Position numbers and translations under genes: made by a program. This document shows positions 17,754-26,690 of a DNA stretch of 64,000 nt, piece by piece. The notes beneath the pieces are model-generated. The model searched no databases. It saw only the letters and a program-made list of their open reading frames with translations, and was not told the origin of the DNA. How positions within the stretch are numbered: position 1 is the stretch's first letter; every line of letters starts with the position of its first letter. This DNA is from Acidimicrobiales bacterium (GTDB taxonomy: Bacteria; Actinomycetota; Acidimicrobiia; Acidimicrobiales; SZUA-35): the NCBI GenBank assembly GCA_013003535.1, contig JABDIY010000025.1:33321-97320 (forward strand). The letters are read 5' to 3'.

Positions 17754-17923
17754 AGGTCGTCTCCCGGGTCGCCGATGACGATGTCCCAACGGTCGAGGCA
17801 GTCCTTGCACCGATAAGGCAGCACCGTCCCGGGATCCAATTCGCCGTCTTCGGGGAACCATCCCAACGGAAAGCAGTCGCCTCCGCAGTCAACACAGACG
17901 ATTTGGGTATCGGGCATCACCAT
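17750..17923 (-). CDS. Small Cys-rich (CxxC..CxxC, zinc-ribbon-like) protein
   Basis: MVMPDTQIVCVDCGGDCF..YRCKDCLDRWDIV is the only protein-like part of the long Arg-rich track ORF 17750..18484. Confidence 0.4.
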   Translation of the reverse strand: MVMPDTQIVCVDCGGDCFPLGWFPEDGELDPGTVLPYRCKDCLDRWDIVIGDPGDDL

Positions 17924-17986
17924 GATGGTGACGGTACTAGCTGTTGAGCCGGTCAACGGTGGAAGGCCATGCGGTAGTCTCGTCTG

Positions 17987-19282
17987 GTGACCGCAGTTTT
18001 GGCTCAGCAGCGCCGCGACTCTTCTCGGAAGCTGGTGGCGGCAGTGATCGCCGGCGGAATCATCACATCGATTTCGCTTGGCACCCGCTACAGCTTCGGG
18101 CTCTTCCTGGATCCGGTGATCGAAACGCTGGGAACCGACAAGGGTGCTTTCTCGCTGGTCATCGCCGTCCAGAACATCGTGTGGGGGCTGTCGCAACCGC
18201 TGGCGGGGGCGATTGCGGACCGCTACGGCACCGGTCGGGTGCTGTCGGCGGGCGGCCTGGCCTACTTCGGCTCTCTTATCATGATGAGCACTGCGGATTC
18301 CAGCGGGGTCCTGTTGTTGTCGGCGGGCTTTCTCACCGGTGCTGCTGTCTCCGCAGCAAGTTTCACCGTGGTCCTCAGCGCAATCGGGCGGATGGCCCCA
18401 CCAGCCCAACGGTCCATGGCACTCGGCGTTGTGAGCGCCGCCGGCTCTATTGGACAGTTCGTGATCATCCCGCTCACCCGCCAACTGCTGGACAGCGGAA
18501 CGTGGCGATCCACCGCAGTAGTGCTGGCGTTCATGACCCTTGCAATTCTCGTCTTTGCTCCGGTCTTGCGGGGCAGCGCTTCAGATCAGCAGTCGGCGGC
18601 GGAGAAAGAGTTACAGGGCGAGGGAAACGGCCTGCGTGTAGACCTGCGGCGGGCCGCCGCGTCCCGGTCGTACCTGCTCCTGAATCTGGGCTTCTTCGTG
18701 TGCGGATTCCATGTGGTGTTCATAGGAACCCACCTGGCATCGTATGCCCGAGACGTGAACGTCTCCGACAGTGCCGCGGCTCAGGCCTTGGCTCTCATCG
18801 GGCTCTTCAACGTGTTCGGTTCGCTCACCGCCGGTTACCTGGGCGGTCGCTACAACAAGTCCAACTTGCTCGCCGGACTCTATGGGTTGCGCGGCTTGTT
18901 CATCCTGGGGTACCTCCTCATCCCGGTCTCGGACACCACCACCCTCATCTTCGGGGCAACCATCGGATTGCTCTGGCTGTCCACAGTCCCGCTCACCTCG
19001 GGAATCGTGAACCAGATGTTCGGCACCCGGAACGCCGGGACCTTGTTCGGAATTGTGTTCCTCAGCCACCAGATGGGCTCGTTCCTCGGTGCCTGGCTGG
19101 CGGGCGAGATCTCCGATCGCACTGGTAGCTACAACATGGCCTGGTGGATCGCCATTGGGTTGGCTGTGATGGCAACGGTCTGCCATCTTCTGATCGACGA
19201 CGGACCCGTGCCGAACGCTCCAGCCGAAGTAACGTTCCGACTCTCGGCGGCTTCGGGCACAGCGGGATTCGGAGCGAGATGA
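17987..19282 (+). CDS. MFS transporter (oxalate/formate-antiporter-like subfamily)
   Basis: 431 aa with about 12 hydrophobic helices. ..GAIADRYGTGRV.. is the MFS loop 2-3 motif. Confidence 0.85.
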   Translation: MTAVLAQQRRDSSRKLVAAVIAGGIITSISLGTRYSFGLFLDPVIETLGTDKGAFSLVIAVQNIVWGLSQPLAGAIADRYGTGRVLSAGGLAYFGSLIMMSTADSSGVLLLSAGFLTGAAVSAASFTVVLSAIGRMAPPAQRSMALGVVSAAGSIGQFVIIPLTRQLLDSGTWRSTAVVLAFMTLAILVFAPVLRGSASDQQSAAEKELQGEGNGLRVDLRRAAASRSYLLLNLGFFVCGFHVVFIGTHLASYARDVNVSDSAAAQALALIGLFNVFGSLTAGYLGGRYNKSNLLAGLYGLRGLFILGYLLIPVSDTTTLIFGATIGLLWLSTVPLTSGIVNQMFGTRNAGTLFGIVFLSHQMGSFLGAWLAGEISDRTGSYNMAWWIAIGLAVMATVCHLLIDDGPVPNAPAEVTFRLSAASGTAGFGAR

Positions 19283-20748
19283 GCGGGTCGATACCATCGG
19301 TGGAGCCAGGAATGCTTCTGCGCCAGGAGGGCGGGATGACTGCGATCCAACGTGACTACTCGCTAGCCGGCCAAGAGACGCCGAGAGCGATCGAGCGCGG
19401 CCTGGCAAACGCCCAGTGGTACCGGCCGCCGATCGACCCCGCTCGGCTCCGCGAGCTCTCGGTTCGAACGAACGGGCGAGCCGCCTTCGACACCCTGCTG
19501 TGGCTCGGATTGATCGTTGGTTTCGGTGCGCTGGCATGGACACTCCGGAGCTCGTGGTGGGCGGTGCCGGCATTCATGGCATACGGCGCCCTCTATGGCG
19601 GAGCGTCTGATTCTCGTTGGCATGAGATGGGGCACGGTTCGGCGTTCAAATCCGGGCGGGCGAATGACGTGATCTATTACCTGGCGTCGTTCATGCTCCT
19701 GCGGGGTCCTACCCAATGGCGCTGGTCCCACGTGCGCCACCACACCGACACCCTCATCGTTGGCCGGGATCCCGAGATTTCATTTCCCCGCCCCACAAGC
19801 CGTTTCGACATCGCTCTGTTCATGCTGGGCTGGAAGTCTGTGGTGCCGCTGGTCCGAACCATGCTGCGCCATGCGTTCGTGGGGCTGGACGAGAACACCC
19901 AGGATTACACCCCCGAGGGCGAACAGAAGGCCGTGGTAAGGGAGGCGCGGATCTATGTCGGAATCCTCGGCGTCGCCATCGCTTGGAGCGTGGCCACCAC
20001 CAGTATTTGGCCGGTGATGTTCATCGGATTGCCAACGCTGTATGGCGTGTGGTTAGTGGTCTTTTTCGGTCTCACCCAGCACGCCGGTCTCACCGAAGAT
20101 GCGCTGGACCACCGGCTCAATACCCGCACGGTCTACATGAACCCCGTGTTCCGATTCCTCTACAGCAACATGAACTACCACGTTGAACATCACATGTTCC
20201 CCACCGTTCCCTACTACAACCTCCCGGCTCTCCACGCCGAGGTCAAGCAGTACCTCGCCCCACCGCTGCCCAACACGCTCGCCGCCTATCGGGAGATTCT
20301 CACCGCACTCGATGGCCAGGCCAAGGACTTGGCCTTCGAGTTACCACTTCGCAACCTCCCGACGGGGCCGGACCACGGCGGGGTTGGCACCGTCGACGTA
20401 GGCGTGCGCCTCTGGGGGAGTCCCGGCGTAGACCTCGGAGCTGTCGAGTCTTTCGTGAATGGTGAGATTCGTAGAGTTGACGTCGAAGACGCAACCTACG
20501 CCGTCTACCGGCTCGCCGGCTCCGAGATCGTGGTAACCGACGGCCTCTGCACCCACGGTGCGGCGCATCTGGCCGACGGCACGATCGTGGACCGCATGAT
20601 CGAGTGCCCTAAACACAACGGACGCTTTGACCTGCGAACCGGAGAGCCCGCCCGCAAGCCGGTGAAGGAAGCGCTCCAGGTTCACGCAGTGGAGATCCGC
20701 GATGGTCGAATCATCATTGAACCCGAGAGGGCCCGACCGCGCGCTTAG
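19279..20748 (+). CDS. Membrane fatty-acid-desaturase-family di-iron enzyme fused to a C-terminal Rieske [2Fe-2S] domain
   Basis: The ATG at 19279 forms an ATGA overlap with the MFS stop. Three His boxes are present: HEMGH, HVRHH, HVEHH. The C-terminal 100 aa carry CTHGAAH and CPKHNGRF, which are Rieske ligands. Confidence 0.85.
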   Translation: MSGSIPSVEPGMLLRQEGGMTAIQRDYSLAGQETPRAIERGLANAQWYRPPIDPARLRELSVRTNGRAAFDTLLWLGLIVGFGALAWTLRSSWWAVPAFMAYGALYGGASDSRWHEMGHGSAFKSGRANDVIYYLASFMLLRGPTQWRWSHVRHHTDTLIVGRDPEISFPRPTSRFDIALFMLGWKSVVPLVRTMLRHAFVGLDENTQDYTPEGEQKAVVREARIYVGILGVAIAWSVATTSIWPVMFIGLPTLYGVWLVVFFGLTQHAGLTEDALDHRLNTRTVYMNPVFRFLYSNMNYHVEHHMFPTVPYYNLPALHAEVKQYLAPPLPNTLAAYREILTALDGQAKDLAFELPLRNLPTGPDHGGVGTVDVGVRLWGSPGVDLGAVESFVNGEIRRVDVEDATYAVYRLAGSEIVVTDGLCTHGAAHLADGTIVDRMIECPKHNGRFDLRTGEPARKPVKEALQVHAVEIRDGRIIIEPERARPRA

Positions 20749-21848
20749 CGGAGGCGGGAACGAAGTTCAAAGGCTGCGTCTACACCTTTGAGCACGCTGT
20801 CGGCCAACGTGAACGTCCGACTGGCCGCCGAGCGCACGTGAACGGTGTCGTAGGATTGGGTCGACCATCGTCGTTTGTAGAGATCGTCGCCCAATTGAAG
20901 GTCGATGTCCTCAACCCGGGCCGCAATGGCCTCCTGCACACCAAACTGCAGTAACAGCTGGCCGGGGGAGAAGCCTGCGAGGTCGGGATCGAAACGTCCC
21001 AGGACGGCGTGGGCGGTATCACCGGTCCACAAGAAGACGTCGAAGGCAGCAGGGTTCCCGTCGATCCAGACTGAGGTGATCGACGCTTGTCGCCGTTCGG
21101 CCATAGATCGCAACATGGGCTCGAAGAAGCGCGAGTTGGCGCCCCTGCCGAAATGTTGCCGGGGGTAGTCCGCTTCGGCCCGGTCATACAACGGCTGGAT
21201 CGAGGACCAGGTTGCCATGACATCATCCCGATCTGTTGCGTGCCGGTACGCCACGTCATGGTCGGCCAGACTCCGGCCGGCTTTGGCCAGCTTCTTGCGG
21301 AGCCCCGACCGGTCCGGGGATGCAAGGAATTCGCCGATGGTGGCGATACCGGCCAGGGAAATTACCGGACACTCGTCTTGGAGTTCCGCCCTGGTTCTGA
21401 GGTCGGGGTTTCGCCGCAGCTCGTTGATGCCCGGTGCGCCGTACCGAAAGTTCTGCAAATCCAGGACGGTGCGGCGATCGGACAACGCTTCTTCGAGCAT
21501 GAGCGTCACCACGTCAGCCTTCAGACCGGGTTGCTGCAAGAATGAACCGACCGCGCCGACACCGGTCCCGAGGAAGCCCATCACGGCAACTGGCCCCCGA
21601 GCCCGGCAATAAAGCGGCGCCAAACCAACCAGTTGCCCGTCAGCACTGCGAGCGGTGACGATGTGCAGGTGCCCCTTTCCCAGCGCCCGCCACCAGTTCA
21701 GCGCAACATCGGGGTAGCCGAAGGGGCCGGCATCAACCGAATGGCAGGCCAGATCGTGCCATTCGTCGGCAATCGACTCGGCGGCTTCGATGGATTCGAC
21801 GATGCCGATGGCGATAGTCCGGGCCGCCTGCCCCGCGCTTCTTACCAC
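20745..21848 (-). CDS. GNAT-fold acyltransferase of the CelD/BioF2/FemAB-like type
   Basis: It has the C-terminal pattern ..FDVFLWTGDTAHAVLGRFDPDLAGFSPGQLLLQFGVQEAIAARVEDIDL typical of Acetyltransf_6-type proteins. The start is uncertain (GTG 21848 or TTG 21881). The track ORF is over-extended to 22004. Confidence 0.65.
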   Translation of the reverse strand: MVRSAGQAARTIAIGIVESIEAAESIADEWHDLACHSVDAGPFGYPDVALNWWRALGKGHLHIVTARSADGQLVGLAPLYCRARGPVAVMGFLGTGVGAVGSFLQQPGLKADVVTLMLEEALSDRRTVLDLQNFRYGAPGINELRRNPDLRTRAELQDECPVISLAGIATIGEFLASPDRSGLRKKLAKAGRSLADHDVAYRHATDRDDVMATWSSIQPLYDRAEADYPRQHFGRGANSRFFEPMLRSMAERRQASITSVWIDGNPAAFDVFLWTGDTAHAVLGRFDPDLAGFSPGQLLLQFGVQEAIAARVEDIDLQLGDDLYKRRWSTQSYDTVHVRSAASRTFTLADSVLKGVDAAFELRSRLR

Positions 21849-22678
21849 TAGGAGGTGATCTTCGACTTTGCGGCTCGCCAAATGGTCACAGCCCCGGCCT
21901 TGAATTTGTCGCCACGATCCGATGAGCCGTACGGAGCAGGTTTCAGACCCAGTCGCCGAAGGTCGTGGTTGGCTGCGTGTACCTTGGCGCCTCGTTCCAG
22001 CCACGGCGTATGGAACACCAGTGAGAACGAGACCGACAGGTCGTCTCCGATCGTGTCGATCGTGTGGGCAAGGCGGGGAGAGATGTAGATTCCGTCGCCC
22101 GGTTTCAGCATGAACTCTTCGGTTTGTTTTGGCAGCTCTGGGAGGCGGCCATAACCAGTCCCAGTCATCGACTCCAGGGTCCGGGCCTCCAGCTCAGGAT
22201 CCACAAATCCAACGGTCACTCGCTTGGTTCCTTGGATCTGGAGCAGGAAGTTATGTTCAAAGTCCAGATGAGCAGGCGTGGTGGCGCCGGGCGGAGCGAT
22301 GAAGATGTACCCCTCCCGGCCGGTGATACCGCCCTGGAAGTCACCCAACATCTCATCGATCGGGTCGAGGCACTCATCGATCAGCGCCTTCATCTCCGAA
22401 TCGACTTCCAAGTTGCTCAACGCCAGCCAACGTCGCAGCTCGATCACCTGCTCAACAATTTCGCCTGGTGATCGATCCAGTTCAGGGACATCATCGGTGG
22501 GAAACAGCGTGGGCAGGTCGCTGTTGTTCATCTCCACATGGGAAATCGGGATGCGATCGCTGAGTTTGACGATGGCCTCATGGGTCAGCCGACAATCGCC
22601 TGTCAGACCATGCGTGAAACCAAAGGGTCGCTTGCCTTCGTTCGCTGCCCAGGTGTCCCGGTCTACGTGCACATACAT
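21848..22678 (-). CDS. Cupin/JmjC-like Fe(II)-dependent oxygenase family protein
   Basis: 276 aa. PAHLDFEHN carries an HxD/E motif and a later RLAHT His sits within a double-stranded beta-helix-like region. Confidence 0.65.
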   Translation of the reverse strand: MYVHVDRDTWAANEGKRPFGFTHGLTGDCRLTHEAIVKLSDRIPISHVEMNNSDLPTLFPTDDVPELDRSPGEIVEQVIELRRWLALSNLEVDSEMKALIDECLDPIDEMLGDFQGGITGREGYIFIAPPGATTPAHLDFEHNFLLQIQGTKRVTVGFVDPELEARTLESMTGTGYGRLPELPKQTEEFMLKPGDGIYISPRLAHTIDTIGDDLSVSFSLVFHTPWLERGAKVHAANHDLRRLGLKPAPYGSSDRGDKFKAGAVTIWRAAKSKITS

Positions 22679-22735
22679 ATTGGGCCTTCCGTCCTTGTTC
22701 CGGGGGCTTCGCCTCGCTCTTGGGGCTTCGCCTGC

Positions 22736-23920
22736 TTAGTGGGCCTTGGCCCGTGCTTGTCTACGAGCGTCGGCGGGGCCGCTGGCTCGCGCATGTCCCG
22801 CGTGAGCCGCTTCCACCAGACGCTGAGAAATGGTAGCGGAGAGATCCGACCGTGCAGAAGCGATCGCCGTAAGTGTGAGCATGTCAGTTCGGGGATCGCC
22901 CCGATGGCAGTGGTCCCAGTCGATGACACCACTGATCTCGTCGCCATTTCGGAGCGTGGCCCCCAACCAGAAATCCCCGTGAACCAGAACGGTCCCGGAC
23001 TCGTCGTAGCTGAGTCTCTGGAGCGTTCCTAGTACAAACCCCGCCCGATCGAGCCATCGCCGCAGTTCGTGCGGTCTCATTTTGAACCCGTCGATGTCCT
23101 GCCCCGGCGTCCATTTCAGCTGGAGACGGTTCGGCGCTGGCTGGGCGATCACTACCGGTGCTAGCCGGAAACGAATGTTCTCCAGCATCTCGAGCGTGGC
23201 TCGCGTGGCCGCGAGATGGGCCGGATCACGGTAGAACTTCTCGACGCCGTACGGACCGGTCCCTAGGACAACCGCGCCTTGATCGTTGTGCTCAACACCT
23301 ATACGTCCCGTTGGTGTGGTGGGTCGATCCAGCAACGGCTGGTCCGAGGCAACCACCATCCACGCAGGAGCCAGTCCTCGACTGCGGCCCCGCTTGGCGA
23401 AGCTACGGAGTAGTGCGATGGCCGTCCTCCGACCGCGGCCAGCCGTGGACATGGCCGAGGACAGCACGATCGATGCAATCGCAGGGAGATCGGTGCGGAA
23501 CGCCGTCGGCGAGGATTGCGAGCTTCTCAAGAGGGCGAAGGTCTGGACGTTGGGACAGCCGGCCGCCTCGAGCCGTCTCCGAACCCTGCCGTACCGCCCG
23601 TAGGAAGTCCCGAGGGGTTTGCCCATGAGCGGGTTGAGGGCCCGGAGCGGGCTGCGGGGGTTGTCCACAACGAGCACGATTCGGCCGCCCGGACGCACTG
23701 TTGACCAGCATGCCTTGAGATCGGTGGAGCGAGCCGGCCCGTCGAGAATGAGCAAATCCCACCCTTTCTCCGATGTGTGGGCGGCGTCCAGCGTCACGAG
23801 TTCAGCTACTCGGTCTTTCAATCGGTTTCTGATCGAAGCCGGATCGGGGCTGAAGACGGCTACTCGTTCGTTCCCTTGGAGGTCAAGAAGCTCGGCCCAC
23901 GCGGCGCGATTTGTTTTCAT
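22736..23920 (-). CDS. Fusion of a degenerate methyltransferase-like N-domain with an aminoglycoside/choline-kinase-like (APH) phosphotransferase domain
   Basis: The ATG at 23920 makes an ATGA overlap with the flippase stop. The C-terminal LVHGDFWLGATLRNGDEISGVIDWDHCHRGDPRTD is the APH catalytic/Brenner motif. The N-terminal DLLILDG..RPGGRIVLVV resembles the class I MTase fold but lacks a clear GxGxG. Confidence 0.6.
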   Translation of the reverse strand: MKTNRAAWAELLDLQGNERVAVFSPDPASIRNRLKDRVAELVTLDAAHTSEKGWDLLILDGPARSTDLKACWSTVRPGGRIVLVVDNPRSPLRALNPLMGKPLGTSYGRYGRVRRRLEAAGCPNVQTFALLRSSQSSPTAFRTDLPAIASIVLSSAMSTAGRGRRTAIALLRSFAKRGRSRGLAPAWMVVASDQPLLDRPTTPTGRIGVEHNDQGAVVLGTGPYGVEKFYRDPAHLAATRATLEMLENIRFRLAPVVIAQPAPNRLQLKWTPGQDIDGFKMRPHELRRWLDRAGFVLGTLQRLSYDESGTVLVHGDFWLGATLRNGDEISGVIDWDHCHRGDPRTDMLTLTAIASARSDLSATISQRLVEAAHAGHARASGPADARRQARAKAH

Positions 23921-25347
23921 GTAAGTCGATCCTCTGTCAACGATTTGAGCCCGCGAGGGCCGGTTGTACGTAGGACGTGGGCGATGCCTAAGTACGCAGT
24001 CCCTGCGAAGGTAGCGGCAATTGGCCACGGTGTCACCTGATCGGCCACTGCGCCAACTGCGTACGCACCAGCGCCTGCCACGACAACGCGGGGAAGGAAA
24101 CCCAATCCAATAGGACCAAGGCCGGGAATTCTCATGAGAATCCACCAGAGCATGGACATCACGACAACCTCGGTGACCAGGGTCGCCACCGCAGCTCCCT
24201 CGAAGGAGTACCGGGGAATGAGAACGAGGTTGATCAGCACGTTGCTGGAGAGTCCGATGAACGTCACCAGCGGATACCAGCGGTGTTTGTCGGCCGCCAC
24301 GAGTGAGTTGAACGCCAGCCCGGTGAAGAACACCACGGTGGTGGAACCCACGAGGATGCGGGCGGCGTCCCCGGCAAATGCATAATCATTGCCATACAGC
24401 AGGCGAATCACCGGCTCGGCGAATAGCAGCATTTCCATGAGGAGCAGGCCCCCCACGAAGCTCAGGTAGATGGCACCCTGGCGAATGGTTTGTCGATAGC
24501 GATCGAGGTCATCCGGCCACGCCTTGGCGAGCACGGTGAGAATGGGAACCGTCAGCGCCGTGGAGGCGAAGCGCGCCAGATCGGCGAACTTGTAAGCCAC
24601 CGAGTATGCGCCAACGGCTTCGAACGTGTCCAGTTTGGACAACATCACAGCGTCAATTCGAAACGAGATCGTGGACAGGGCGCCGCCGAGAGAGAGCGGG
24701 ATCGCTTCGCGAGCCAACCCTTTCCAGATCTGCAGGTCCACGACGTAGTGAAACGGAATCAACCGGCGGGCTCTCGGCAACTTGAAGCCGAGCATCACGA
24801 CTTCGGCGATGACCGGTGGGATCACGAACAACAGCAGTGTTCCACCCCGGACGGCGATGGCAACGGTCACGGCTAGTTGGGCGGCCTGACCGATCACGCC
24901 AGAAATCGCCACGGTCTGGAGACGCATGTGGGCCTGGAACGCCACGTTATAAGCAGCTGATGGCGTGGAGATCAGAAGCGACAGCCCGCCGATGGCCGTC
25001 GCCCGCACCACACTTCCGGGGTAATTGGCCACTACTACGAACAGGATTGACATCAGGTAACCGACCCCACCGAGCATCGTGCGGAGAATGATGTAGGTTC
25101 CGGCAAACCTCGCTTGATCCTGGTTCTTGTCCAAGACTCCGGTGATCGCTAGGCGACCGATCCCCATGTCCGTGAAGATGGTCATCATTCCCAGCAGGCT
25201 GAAGACGAAGGCGAACTGACCGAACTGGTCTTGGTCCAGGGTGCGGACGATCAGAACCGTCCCGGCCCACCCCATCAGTGCGATTCCCAGCCGCCCGAAG
25301 AACAGGGAGCTGGCGTTTGCTAGAAGGCCGCGACCGCTCTCGCTCAC
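23917..25347 (-). CDS. MOP-superfamily polysaccharide/oligosaccharide flippase (Wzx-like), paralogue 1
   Basis: 476 aa, polytopic. The N-terminal block LIVRTLDQDQFGQFAFVFSLLGMMTIFTDMGIGR is typical of polysaccharide biosynthesis transporters. Confidence 0.8.
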   Translation of the reverse strand: MSESGRGLLANASSLFFGRLGIALMGWAGTVLIVRTLDQDQFGQFAFVFSLLGMMTIFTDMGIGRLAITGVLDKNQDQARFAGTYIILRTMLGGVGYLMSILFVVVANYPGSVVRATAIGGLSLLISTPSAAYNVAFQAHMRLQTVAISGVIGQAAQLAVTVAIAVRGGTLLLFVIPPVIAEVVMLGFKLPRARRLIPFHYVVDLQIWKGLAREAIPLSLGGALSTISFRIDAVMLSKLDTFEAVGAYSVAYKFADLARFASTALTVPILTVLAKAWPDDLDRYRQTIRQGAIYLSFVGGLLLMEMLLFAEPVIRLLYGNDYAFAGDAARILVGSTTVVFFTGLAFNSLVAADKHRWYPLVTFIGLSSNVLINLVLIPRYSFEGAAVATLVTEVVVMSMLWWILMRIPGLGPIGLGFLPRVVVAGAGAYAVGAVADQVTPWPIAATFAGTAYLGIAHVLRTTGPRGLKSLTEDRLT

Positions 25348-25377
25348 GCTGGGACCGCGTTCATGTTTCGACCGCGT

Positions 25378-26583
25378 TCATTCTTGGCCGGCATTGCGAA
25401 GCGGGAACTGTGCGTCAACCTTCCAGCGCCCACTCCAGCGCCGGACCATCACGGTCAAATGAGTAATCTCGGCGTTGACCGGAAGATGGGGGAGTGCGGT
25501 GGATTCAACATCGCTGGGGATGACACCTTGTGCGAGGGCCATATGTGGCTGGATGTAAAGGTCAATGTCGCCATAGGGCGGGTAGTTGGGCCATTGCTCG
25601 AAGATCCGGTAGGTGATGGTGCGTATGGGTTCCTCGGGTTCCAGGTTCAAGTAGGTGGTGATCTCATACTGGGCGAGCGAGGTGATGGTGACCTCAAACC
25701 GATCGGTTGCTGCCGCGAGCTGCGCCAACTCGTCTCGGGTTTGCGATGTGATCTTGGGCGGGCGGATGAAAGGGTAAAGGACCGTGATGTGGGCGGGGAT
25801 TCCTCCCGGGGTGGCTCCACCGACGGCATCGAAAAGGTCCTGGGCCTCTGGCACCAAAAACAACAGCGCCGTGGAGCCTCGCAGTCGAGATCTACCCTCA
25901 CCGATCAACCGCCTCGCCGTTGCCAGCGGCGAACGATCTGGCGTGTCTCGCGGCCATGTGTAGGCCGGCGGCAGTTCGAGCCCCGCATGCTCACAGAGCA
26001 GCGTCATGTCGTGGTGGTCTCGTTCCTGGGGTTTGTAGCCGGTATGGGCCCGCACCTGGGTGGTTGCCGATGCGCAAGGTATGTTGCGCATCGTGCGGTT
26101 TGCGTGCAGAACACCAGTGCCGAGGTCCGATGGCTCGAGCGCCGGGAAGTCATCGATGCCGCTGGTGGTGACCATGATGAGATCCACGATCCGACCAGAT
26201 CGATGTCGTAGCACGGACCGCACCGGGAAGTCCCGCCCACTCTGGGCCCGTTTCACAGCTACCTCGTAGCCCAATTCCGCCAACGCTGCCGCTGCTCTCG
26301 CCTCGCCGTCGTCAGCCGCATCGATCCAGATGTCGACGTCGTTGTGGGGCCGAGTCTGACGGCCCAGCAACAGGTCGACACCCCAACCGCCGGTCACCCA
26401 CCACCGGACGCCACCGTCATCCAATGCGGTGGCGACCTCCGCCAAATCAGTCGGCGAGATCCGATAGAAACGCTTTCTGATCTGGCGTACGAACTCCGAT
26501 CGAAAAAGGTCGTTCGCAGCCGGAAGTTGAGCAAATGATCGGGCACTGCTTCGCAGAATTGTCCGTATGTGTTCGCCCAGCAC
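25378..26583 (-). CDS. Fusion of a pol-beta-type nucleotidyltransferase (aminoglycoside/lincosamide NTase-like) with a 2H phosphoesterase (LigT / 2-prime-5-prime RNA ligase-like) domain
   Basis: The N-half carries GGWGVDLLLGRQTRPHNDVDIWI (G-G..D-x-D). The C-half carries AHITVLYPF (HxTx) and PHMALAQG (a second, degenerate Hx[TS]x). Confidence 0.6.
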   Translation of the reverse strand: MLGEHIRTILRSSARSFAQLPAANDLFRSEFVRQIRKRFYRISPTDLAEVATALDDGGVRWWVTGGWGVDLLLGRQTRPHNDVDIWIDAADDGEARAAAALAELGYEVAVKRAQSGRDFPVRSVLRHRSGRIVDLIMVTTSGIDDFPALEPSDLGTGVLHANRTMRNIPCASATTQVRAHTGYKPQERDHHDMTLLCEHAGLELPPAYTWPRDTPDRSPLATARRLIGEGRSRLRGSTALLFLVPEAQDLFDAVGGATPGGIPAHITVLYPFIRPPKITSQTRDELAQLAAATDRFEVTITSLAQYEITTYLNLEPEEPIRTITYRIFEQWPNYPPYGDIDLYIQPHMALAQGVIPSDVESTALPHLPVNAEITHLTVMVRRWSGRWKVDAQFPLRNAGQE

Positions 26584-26690
26584 GTCACGAGGTTAGCGAT
26601 CATCGGCCACCATGGAGTAGGTCGCCAAGCACTGCCAGAAGGGCGAAGAGCCCTACCGCTGGCCTGGGCCTTCTTCGCTAGCATGACGGT

